NCBI RefSeq assembly: GCF_006345805.1
Contig: NC_042997.1
Location: forward strand, 213,032,001 to 213,096,000
DNA length: 64,000 bases
Reading direction: 5' to 3'
Source: Octopus sinensis
Lineage: Eukaryota
Shown: piece after piece, positions 36,226 to 46,849 of the stretch
How positions within the stretch are numbered: position 1 is the stretch's first letter
How the letters are laid out: each line of letters starts with the position of its first letter
Translations under genes and position numbers: made by a program
Notes under the pieces: model-generated
What the model was told of the DNA's origin: nothing
Seen by the model: the letters and a program-made list of their open reading frames with translations, nothing else
Databases searched by the model: none

Positions 36226-36230
<5 letters not shown>
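35890..36230 (+). mobile_element. RTE 3' tail with three unit repeats
   Basis: gtggcacataaaaagcac units, then the conserved tail and (gat)n. Confidence 0.8.
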
Positions 36231-36265
<35 letters not shown>

Positions 36266-36329
36266 TATATATACACACATACATATGTATGGACGGACGG
36301 ATAGATGGATGGATGGATGGATTGATGGA

Positions 36330-36480
36330 TGGACAATAACTTCTTCGAAATTCTTCTAGTCACAGATCATTTTGGTTAAACTCCAGGTCTTCACTCCAAA
36401 TTTTCCTCCAGAAAGAGTCTATGTCTTCTTGTGAAGGAGCTCCTACAATGTTCAATGCTTCTCCTCTCATGTACGTATGT
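36330..36480 (-). mobile_element. possible R4/Dong-clade LINE relic
   Basis: Minus translation APSQEDIDSFWRKIWSEDLEFNQND resembles the FW..IW....N motif upstream of R4-type RT. Confidence 0.4.
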
Positions 36481-37505
36481 ATGTATGTGTACATGTGTGT
36501 AGATGTGTGTGTATGCGTTTATGTTTCTGTCTCCTTGTCTCCCCATTGTGTGATAGTTGCAAATGGGTGCCATTCTTTTACAATATTCTGCTACAACATG
36601 TCCAACCTTGAGGAGACATTGCTTTGCTTGGAAGCAGGCGAGAGCAGACAGCAAGAAGGACATCAAGCTATAGGAAACCTACCTCAATAAACTTAGTGCA
36701 ACCATCAAAATATGAACACGAAAACGATGATGATGATGATAATGATGAGGTAGAGAAGGCAAAAGAGGAGAAGGAGGATAGTGATGAAGATGGTGATGAC
36801 GATGTTTACTTTGTAGGGCAGTGTTTTGATTGTTATTTCTTTACATTTTTGTTTTTGCTTCCTTGTTTTCGTAGTTTCTTTATAAAGCAATGATGGAGTA
36901 ATTGATTCCATTGATATGGAAATATAATGTTATCAGACAGCAGCATCCAAATTAGACCACATCATTGAACACCATTATCATATCTTCTCTCATCATCTTT
37001 ACCACGACCACCATCACCACTGTCATTATCATCATCATCATCTTCATCGTCATCGTCATTTTTTTCTTTGTGATTTAATAATTTGATTGTATGCTTTTCT
37101 TTTCCTTTTTTTCCTTCTTGCTACTCCAGCAAGATTTAGGCTGGTTTCTGATGAATCTTTCTTCACATATCTTAAATATCTTAATTCTTAAATTATTTCA
37201 TCTTTGAGAAAACACTTCTCACATTCAACTTAATTACTTCTTCCCAGACTGTTCTTGCTCTGCCATCAACTAACGAGATACTTAATTAATAACTCCACTT
37301 CGCAACCTTAATTATGTGACAACTCTCATTTACATACCTCTGCTAATAGTTTTAATGTCCTTTTACTTATTTGTCTCATTAAATTAGATTAACATTTCAC
37401 TTCTGAAAGTTTCTGCAAATATTGTCGAACCGCATCTTGTAAAGCTTATGTGTGTCCCTTACAGAACCTGATTATCATGCAGAGAGAGAGAGAGAGAGAG
37501 AGTGA

Positions 37506-37548
<43 letters not shown>

Positions 37549-37754
37549 TGAGTGTGTCACTGTTGCTAATAGAAGTAACAAACTTGACACAAAGCAACAA
37601 AACGATTGCCGTGTTATTGATAAACTGAGGGAATGTCTGAGATGAGACTTCTCAGAAATAATGAAACACAGAAGCAGCAACTTTTCTGCCAACTTGAAGA
37701 GAATTAAAGCAAAAAAACAGATAAAAATGAACTAAAAATACTATTTAGCTAGAG

Positions 37755-38923
37755 TAGGCGTCGGCAACCTATACGAGGCCACAGGCCACTGGGCCGTGTC
37801 TAGGTCACATCGTTGGCTGCACCCCGCTCCAAACCCGCAGATACTTCACAAGAAGTGCCGCAAAGCTCTTCTTGTCCCTGACCATGGCAGGCGCTCTGTC
37901 AGTCATGATGTCGCACATGCGAGAGAGGTCCAGGTAGGCATCCTTCAACCAGTCTGTGACTGCCTTGCACATGTCGGCACCAGTGGTGGCACTGCTGAGG
38001 GGGATGAATCTGATTATGAAGTCATCCCTGCCGCCGAGGAAGAAAATGACAAGCTGAACCATGTCCTTGATGTCAGTTGACTCGTCCAAGGCAATGGAGA
38101 AGAAGAAGCGAGCAGACTGACACATGCCCTTCAGGGTGCCCTGGACATCGTCAACCATCTCCTCTATGTGGCAGATCAAGGTCCTGGCAGACAGACTGAT
38201 AGCCTCAAACTCACTCGACTTAACAACAGAAGCCATCATGCACACCTTGAAGAATTCGCCATCGATAAACAGCTTGAGGTTGGTGGCCACAAGGTGTGCA
38301 ACACTGTAGTTGGCCCAAGTGTTGCTCTCAGCAGCTACTTCCGCCAAAGAGATGATCCAAACTCTGGCTTCTTCTTGCTTGGGGTGCACCAAAGTGAAGT
38401 AACACTTCACGTTGCACACCTTCATAACGGCTGCAGTCTTGTGGCGAATGAAACACAGAGCCTTTCCCTTGCACTCGACAAAGAAGAACACTTCCCATTC
38501 CTTCTTGAAGGAGCTGTTCTCATCCAACACCTTCCTCTTCTCTACAGGGTGGGTACCTTCAGCCATCTGAAATAACACAAAAAATATATTTATAACCAAG
38601 TCAATTGGAGTAGAAGCAAAAAAATAACTTATCGTACAGTGATGCTATACTACAGTATCGGATAAAAAGGACAATTTCCTCTTTCTCTCTAACTCTATCA
38701 GAATTCTTCTCCAAAGTTACGTTTATTCAGTGTCAGTATCATGAAAGTAGGACACTGTTCTGGCTGGGGAGAAGATGGCTGCTAATTGGCTCTGTTAAAT
38801 TTGCTGTCACTGGAAATGTCTCGTAGGTCGCACCTAACGGAAATCTAGACAAGGTGGTGCGGGGCACACAGGAGGAGCTCACAGGCCACATTTGGCTCAC
38901 GGGCCACAGGTTGCCAATGCCTG
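37755..38923 (-). mobile_element. hAT DNA transposon (Buster/SPIN/Charlie group), internally deleted, with TIRs and an 8-bp TSD
   Basis: TIRs taggcgtcggcaacct (37755) and aggttgccaatgcctg (38908-38923). TSD agctagag at 37747-37754 and 38924-38931, with TA at positions 4-5. Confidence 0.93.
37805..38566 (-). pseudogene. truncated hAT transposase (GTF2IRD2/EPM2AIP1-like family)
   Basis: MAEG..KRKV.DEN..F..EW...FFV...GKALC; FSIALDESTDIKD..QL..F; TTGAD; TDRAPAM. The C-terminal catalytic and dimerisation parts are absent. A polypyrimidine-CAG acceptor sits directly before the ATG. Confidence 0.88.
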
Positions 38924-39609
38924 AGCTAGAGTCATGCATCATTCTTTAATTAATTAACTTGACCAAACTTTGCCAAAATCAGCAAATTTAGTGTTTGCTG
39001 TTCTTATATAAAAGAAAAACTGTTCTCATAAGGCTGGGAAAAGCTGATTCGTTATTTGTAGTTGATGAAGCATAATGATGCAGAAACCCATGCATCCTAC
39101 GATCCAGTAACTTCATTCACAGCCCAAAATGTCATCATACTTATTTGCTTTGAGAAGACTTTTGTCCCAAAACTACTTCTGCAGCAAAAGGTTTTTCCAT
39201 GTTCAAATGCACACAAACCTGTTAAATATGATTTACATGCATATATCATAAAAATGTTATACCAACATTGACACTGATACCATGTTTATATTAATATTCT
39301 CATGGGATATTGATTAGATACAACATTGATATTTTAATAGTCTCTAAGAATGCCTTTCAATCCATTAACATCAAACTAAAATACCACCAACAATCAGTCT
39401 CTCACACCTGTCTCCTTGTCCTTGTTTGTTATGTTTGTTGCTCTAAGCAAAGTGAGTGATAATGTCAATAAGGAGCTTATGAGTCTAGATGTAAACGACA
39501 GACATGTAAGTTGTTATATAGGATACAACTGTATATGTAGAAGGTATAAACTATATATACATAAATGGGAGACAGCTTTATATGTATCTTTATATGTATG
39601 ATAACAATA

Positions 39610-39840
39610 TACTCTTTTACTCGTTTCAGTCATTTGACTGCGGCCATGCTGGAGCACCACCTTTAATCGAGCAACTCGACCCGGGACTTATTCTTTGTAA
39701 GCCCAGTACTTATTCTATCGGTCTCTTTTGCCGAACTGCTAAGTGATGGGGACATAAACACTCCAGCATCAGTTGTCAAGCAATACTAGGGGGACAAACA
39801 CAGACACACAAACACACACGCACATATATATATTTATATA

Positions 39841-39891
<51 letters not shown>

Positions 39892-40057
39892 TACGACGGG
39901 CTTCTTTCAGTTTCCGTCTACCAAATCCACTCACAAGGCTTTGGTCGGCCCGAGGCTATAGTAGAAGACACTTTCCCAAGGTGCCACGCAGTGGGACTGA
40001 ACCCGGAACCATGTGGTTGGTAATCAAGCTACTTACCACACAGCCACTCCTGCGCCT
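39610..40057 (-). mobile_element. SINE family A
   Basis: Near-consensus copy with its head at 40057 (ggcgcaggagtggctgtgtgg). Confidence 0.9.
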
Positions 40058-40070
40058 ATAAAACATAGTG

Positions 40071-40120
40071 TTCCCATGCTGGGAATCGAACCCGGGCCGC
40101 CTGGGTGAAAGCCAGGAATC
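40071..40120 (-). tRNA. 5'-truncated tRNA-Glu(TTC) pseudogene
   Basis: Minus: gatt cctgg ctTTCac ccagg cggc ccggg ttcgatt cccag catggga a. Anticodon arm, T arm and acceptor 3' strand are present. The D arm and 5' acceptor strand are missing. TTTT lies 7 nt downstream. Confidence 0.85.
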
Positions 40121-40475
40121 GTTATATATCGATATATATGGACAGCTATATAGTTACATATGGGAGACAGTTATATATGTCTTTAGACTGTGGACCCCAT
40201 TGCCTTCAGGGTTACAAACTCCTGATCTTATTGCCTTCCTGTGGCTTCTGGACTGTTGACCCCGTTACCCTCAGGATCCATCGTTAGACTAAAATTCAAA
40301 TGCTTATTATAGTCAATTGTTGAGTGTTGATTCAGGAGTATGTTAAGGGGGTCCATATTTGGTAATTTATAATTTTGAGATCAAATCCAAGTGAAACTGT
40401 TTTAATATTTTAACATAATACCAAAACAGTGGATTAACTCAAATATTCAGTTTTGATTTATGTATGAAAAATAAG

Positions 40476-40810
40476 GGGCGTGGCTCAATGGTTAGAGCGT
40501 CGAGCTTACGATCGTGAGGTTGTGAGGTCGAATCCTGGACTGGGCTGCGTGTTGTGTTCTTGAGCAAGACACTTTATTTCACGTTGCTCCAGTACACTCA
40601 GCTGTAGAAATGAGTTGTGACGTCACAGGTGCCAAGCTGTATCGGCCCTTGCGTTTCCCTTGGACAACATCGGTGACGTGGAGAGGGGAGGCCGGTATGC
40701 ATGGGCGACTGCTGGTCTTCCATAAAACAACCTTGCCCAGACTTGTGCCTCAGAGGGTAACTCTCTAGGTGCAAACCCATGGTCAGTGTCTGACCGAAGG
40801 TGGTCACCAC
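40476..40810 (+). mobile_element. tRNA-derived CORE-type SINE (family C)
   Basis: ggggcgtggctcaatggttagagcg (box A), ggtcgaatcct (box B), and ttcttgagcaagacacttta (CORE-like). Confidence 0.8.
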
Positions 40811-41594
40811 CATGAAAAATAAGAGTTACTATTAATCAACCAATCATTAGTCAGATAGAACTGAAGTAATTAGTGATGCAGCCCCAAAGTAATTAAAAAG
40901 GTATGCTCGAGAGTAATGCCACGGATGCTTTATAATTTGACCACAGCAACTGATTGAGTGTTTTACTCAAAGTAAACAGACCCCTAATTACTATGCAAAT
41001 ATGTTGTTTAACGTACAATCATGTGCGATACAAAACATTTCAGCATTAAAGTAAGAAGCATTCACTGAACAGCAATAAATTTCTCCTCAGTTTGCAATCA
41101 TTTTACTTTTAGTATCTGAGAAAGGAAGTCAATAAAGAAAGATCAATTTCTCTTCTGCCTCGCAACCATCCACTTTCTATAAACAAGATTCTATCAATCT
41201 TGTCCTCACTCACTCTTCATAACAATGCCACTTGTTCTACTCGTTTTATAGTCTACATTATAAACTTGTTTTCACTTTATTCTCTTGTTAAAATAACATT
41301 AATTTCTTGACAATAATTTTTTTAAAAAATAATAACCATTATCTGAATACAACTGAAAATTCCAATACCAAACGTGTTTATGCCGTTTCTAGTATGTTTG
41401 TTCAGCCGACTTGCTTAGGACACATTTCTATGTATATGATAAGACACGAGGGTTTATATGCATTTAATTATGGATGTCTTGTTCATTATGTATGCCTGGA
41501 TACACAAACCTTGTTTTATGTCGATTTTGTATTTTTTTATAGTAAAAACTCACAGAGAATAAACTCTCATTAATGTGTATTAGAAATGTGTGCG

Positions 41595-41598
41595 TGAG

Positions 41599-41653
<55 letters not shown>

Positions 41654-41755
41654 ATATTTATATATATTTATATATATATATATATTTATATATATTTATA
41701 TTTATATATATATTATATATATATATATCTATATATATATATTTATATTTATATA

Positions 41756-41816
<61 letters not shown>

Positions 41817-41842
41817 GATAGATAGATAGATAGATAGATGAT
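41595..41842. repeat. (TA)n-rich microsatellite with (TG)n and (GATA)n ends
   Basis: Visible directly. Confidence 0.95.
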
Positions 41843-42582
41843 GATACAAATGAAATACTGAAAAGTTATATACGTGTGTCTATAAGAAGAAACTTGTGTA
41901 TAAAATATGTGTATGTCATTCATTTGAAGGAAGTGTTGATGCTTGACTTCTCATCCAGACCCAAGCCTTTGTTAAATCAATTTTATGGCACCAAACTGTA
42001 ATATATTTCCTTCTTACAACCGGTCTACGTATTAATTCCTACTCTCTCCAGTTACACTTGTCAGACAGTATCACTTCATGTTAATATTTATTTGCTGGGA
42101 TCTGGTCTTAATTTGCCAGTTGGAAATAAATACAAGAGATGTAATATGGTTTGCAGTCATAGCAGAGCTTTGACGTTTTGCCAGAGAAAATGGAAATATG
42201 AATTTATTGAGTAAAAGATCTTTTATTGTGATGCCACTTGATAATATTGAAGTATCAATCTAATTATTGTATATTTATTGGGTTAATGTAACCTACTTAC
42301 TTTTAAAACTTCAACAGATATATAAGACAAACTATAAAGCATTCAGTGAGCAAACAGGCTGTGATGGCTGTACAGCTTCATCGTTGTCTTCGTTGCCATC
42401 ATCATCATCATCAGTCTTAGACCTAAAACTATTTTCCACTATCAAGCATGTTGAGCATGTCCATTAAATCATTTTAAATCATCCATGCCATTTCCAGTTA
42501 TGCCTTTAACTCTGTCTTGAGATAATTGTTTCCATTAGGTTCTCTCACCACTGATATTTGCTCTCTGTGATATTAATACATT

Positions 42583-42817
42583 GAGGGCGGCGAACTGGCA
42601 GAAACGTTAGCACGCCGGGCGAAATGCATAGCTGTATTTCGTCTGCCCTTATGTTCTGAGTTCAAATTCTGCCGAGGTCGACTTTGCCTTTCATCCTTTC
42701 GGGGTCAATTAAACAAGTACCAGTTACGCACTGGGGTCAATATAATCGACTTAATCCTTTTGTCTGTCCTTGTTTGTCCTCTCTGTGTTTAGCCCCTTGT
42801 GGGTAGTAAAGAAATAG
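42583..42817 (+). mobile_element. SINE family D monomer with a TSD of about 30 bp
   Basis: gatatttgctctctgtgatattaatacatt at 42553-42582 and 42817-42846. Confidence 0.92.
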
Positions 42818-43089
42818 ATATTTGCTCTCTGTGATATTAATACATTTAATTTAGCATGTCCCTCACAGAGTGGTCAAGTTGATAGTTAACTGGACTACAA
42901 ACAAAAGAAAAATAACTAAAGTACAATTGTTGCATGGATCACAACTAAAAACATTACCATACACACTCCGTCTCCCTTTAAATATCAACATCCTGCAACA
43001 ACTATCTGTAACAGCATTGCATTAACCTTACCATTACTAAGAGTCTCACCTGATGCAGGCACATTCTCAACATAGTCACAGGACCAGAA

Positions 43090-43390
43090 AATATTTCAGA
43101 CCCCTTTAATTGCTACCCTTCAACAAACTTCAATCAAGACTCACAATGGAATACTGCTGTTCCCCTTCTATCACATGGAATGCTGCTGCCACTGCCACTG
43201 CTGCTGCTCAATGGACATTGATGCACCCACAAATACACTCTGGTTCTTTTGTTCTACATCTACTCTCATCTCTTTTTATCCTCTTATCAACCATAATGTC
43301 TTATACACCCTTCAAGCTCCTTACCAACCAACCCTTCTTCCCCAAAATATTGTCCATCTGGAATTCTTTTCCCTGTATATGTTGATGTTG
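43090..43390 (+). mobile_element. CR1-type LINE 3' relic
   Basis: QSRLTMEYCC...W and FFPKILSIWNSFP. Confidence 0.6.
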
Positions 43391-44674
43391 CTAGTCACAG
43401 TGGTCCTTTTAAAACCATGGACACAGGCTGTTGTGTGTAGTTTCATTCTAATGGGATTGACAATTCAATATGAAGCCATTGTTATTGTTTTACGTGTTTA
43501 TTTACTTTACATGTTACACGAACTGTCAACATTCAGCGTAGTGATACATATGTACTTTAGACACAGTTCGTACTGTTACTAACAAAATAGTGCCAAAAGT
43601 GGGGATGTATTCTACATACGTATACCTACTTATACACATAGATATGAATGTGTAACACAGGCCATCTGTTCAGTCCATCATAATTTAATGTCTGTTTCAT
43701 ATTGTTGGATGATTTGACAGGATCCGGTGGGCCCAAGGTTTCATAATGCTCCACTTTGTCTACTTTGGAGTGGTTCTATAGCTGGATGGCCCTCCAAATG
43801 CCAACCACTTTACAGTGTACACTGGGAGCTTTTTCTTGTGTGCCACCAGCACTTGTGAGCTTGCCATACAGCTTGCAAGACCACAAGCCAAAGGGGGCAG
43901 CTTTATGCTAGGATATGAGGGGTAAAAATATGAAAGAAGGGTCCTGCTCAGAAGAGGTTCCTTGTTGTAGAGGAGCTACATGGCTATTCACAGTTTAGTA
44001 GAGATGATAAGGGTGGTTGGGTGCAGTTAGAAGTGACATAAATAGAGGTGATACATCAGTGTAGGCCCTTAATGTACACAGTGAATAGAAACCAATAAAA
44101 AATTTTAAAGAATTGGAATCCGTCATTAAAAGTCATTTCCATGGCTATGATATTTTAATTATTATACTAATTACTCAAACATAATCATTTCTAACTCGTT
44201 GGCAGTGAGTTTGTGTCTTTCAACATGATTCATAATACAGTATTTTATTCCTGATAAAATTTGTTTCTTCCTGTGCCTGGGCTACTGTATTATGTATAAC
44301 TTGCTAAAAAACTGATTTTGAAAAAGGGAAAACTATCTTAAAGATCAAAGTGTTTCTGGGCTGAAATGCAGAACCTTTTTATTTATTTATAAAGCATAAT
44401 GGCTTTTGATAAATAATGTTACATCCCTCAGTCAACATAAAGAAAAGTCGATACCATTTCTTCCTCATAAAAAATAATTTGTCTCAAGAAGAGTAACCAA
44501 CTGCAGCAAGTTGTTTTTCAGTTTATGACACCTTTTCCAACTTGGGATAAACAGGTAAAAATTACACAAATAAAACAGTATTTGTTAATAATAACAACTT
44601 GTAAGAGAGAAACCATCATTGTTAAATGACAAAATCAAGTTTTAGGTTACTAATCACAGGTTGGCATGTTTTAT

Positions 44675-45079
44675 ATCTTTATATATAAAAGTAAGGTTGT
44701 GTGCTGTCTGTCTCCTACGATTTAGATTCCTAACTACTCCCACATTTTGCGGTGCAGTTTAACCAAAACCAGGTATCTTATAGTCGTGATTCATATCGAG
44801 CCCTTCTGGGTATTAGCACGCATCTACGATGAGTCTACGATTTAAAAAAAAATTTACCACCATTTTTTTCCATTTTAATGCATTTTTTTCGCTATTATAT
44901 AAGGGAAGTAACTCTCTAAAAATGTCTACGATGAGTCAACGATTTAAAAAAAAATTTACCATCATTTGTTTTCCATTTTTAATGCATTTTTTTGCTATCT
45001 TTTGGCTATAACTCTCTAAAAATGCTTATATAGTTATTTCCCTTACAAACCCGAGCAACGCCAGGCAATACTGCTAGTA
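44675..45079 (-). mobile_element. non-autonomous Helitron-like element, second copy
   Basis: Reverse complement of 10193-10584 (atctttatatataaaa ... cccgagcaacgccaggcaatactgctagta). Confidence 0.7.
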
Positions 45080-45974
45080 TTATATATTATGAAGTATTGG
45101 AATCTAAACAATTGTTGTTAATGCCATGGTTTCAAACTCTGCATTGTAGTTAGACCTGAGATAAGTGACTCAGCAGAAACACACATACATTCATTTTGGT
45201 TTTTCCTTGAATGTTCTTCCAACATTGAAATTTTGCCTTTCATCTTTCTAGAGTTCATAAAATCATCATCATCTTCATCATTATTATCATGTTACATTTG
45301 TTTTTCATACTGGTATACTTTAGAAAGATAGTCATGGTTTGAATCACTTTTTATTCAAAATTTCTGCCCTCCCAGAGTGGGTAAGTGGGTGTGCCTTGCT
45401 CGTTTGGCTTTTCATGTGGTTTCTACAGTTAGATGTTCTTCCCAATACCAATTCCTTTACAAGGTATTTTGGATGGATTTTATCATGGCACTAACACTAG
45501 AGAGGTTGCCATGTCTTCAATAAGACACAACCAGTCCTGTACATATAATTCTCCCCTACAAAACTAATTTGTCATTCTCTGATCAAAAGAGATCAATTAT
45601 TCAAAGATTCTATAGTAAACTATGCTTAACCATGGAACTTATTCGTAGTACAGTTGGCTGAAATAAGTTTGGTGGTGATGGACATAGTCTGGACCCAATG
45701 TTAAACATTCAACCACTTCTCTTGTTCTCTTGCATTTCACCATTTTCAAATAAAATGAAACAAAAAATGTCCTAAACAGAAAAATACTGGATAAGGATTT
45801 AAAAGACCAAACATTATTTATACCTACTTATATAGATGGTATTCTCATCCTTCATCATAATCTCATGATCCAGTCTCTTGTTCAAAGTGATTCTGTTACT
45901 ATTTGTGGTGTTAAACCTGTTGGATAAGACAAAAACTCTCTAATCTATTCAAACTGTTCTGAAATTCCATTTCA

Positions 45975-46350
45975 TCAACATCATCGTTTAACATCCATTT
46001 TCCATGCTGGCATGGATTGGGTGGTTTGACTGAGGTCTGGCAAGCCAGATGGCTACACCAGGCTCCAATCTCAACTGGCAATGTTTCTACAACTGGATGC
46101 CTTTCCTAATGCCAACTACTCTGAAAGTGTAGTGGGTGCTTTTTACATGCCCCCCAGCACAGGAGCCAGTCAAGTGGGCTTGGTAACGTTCACGTTTCGA
46201 TAGTGCTTTTTACATGCCACCAGCATGGGAGCCAGTCAGGGGCACTGGCATTGGCCACACTGAGATGGTGCTTTTTTATGTGCCACTAGCAAGGGAGTCA
46301 GTCAGGCAGCCCTGGCATCGATCACGTTTGGATAGTGCTTTTTACATGCC
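45975..46350 (-). mobile_element. RTE 3' tail with unit repeats
   Basis: catcgtttaacatccattttccatgctggcatgg...gtgctttttacatgcc units. Confidence 0.8.
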
Positions 46351-46849
46351 TATTTACCTAAAAAAAATACTAAGGAACCATTCCATGGTGGAACATCTAG
46401 AACATTCACATGTTATTGTGTTACGTCTTTGGCAGTGGAACAATAGATGAGATGGCAGTAGACTGGCAGTAGAATAGCAGTGGAGTGTCACTGGTTCTAA
46501 TGACATGAGCTTGACTGGCTTTGTCATTTATGGATCAAGTTCCCTTTATTTTCATGCATGTGACTACATAACCTTCTTAGAAATAACAGCCAAATCTTCC
46601 TTGTTCCATTACACCCTGCCTTCTTAAGAAAGCACATTTGCCAATTCAGTCCATGGTACACCATGTTTTATAAGAGTGCATGGATTGTCATCCCCTGGGG
46701 TGTACTGGCTGATGGCTGACCTGGAAACAGGGATTCACAAATAAAATATTTCTGTATAAAATGAGCTGCTATAAATGTTGTTTGGTTGATTGTTTTCTCC
46801 AGTCATTGAATAAAAATGAGGAGATGGAGTAAAAGAACAATACAGAGAG

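Noticed and set aside
44311-44496. Standalone TIR-domain call from TDFEKGKTIL and NIKKSR
   Set aside because: The spacing between the motifs (about 29 codons) is much longer than in TIR domains. It is kept only as weak support in the window-wide finding.
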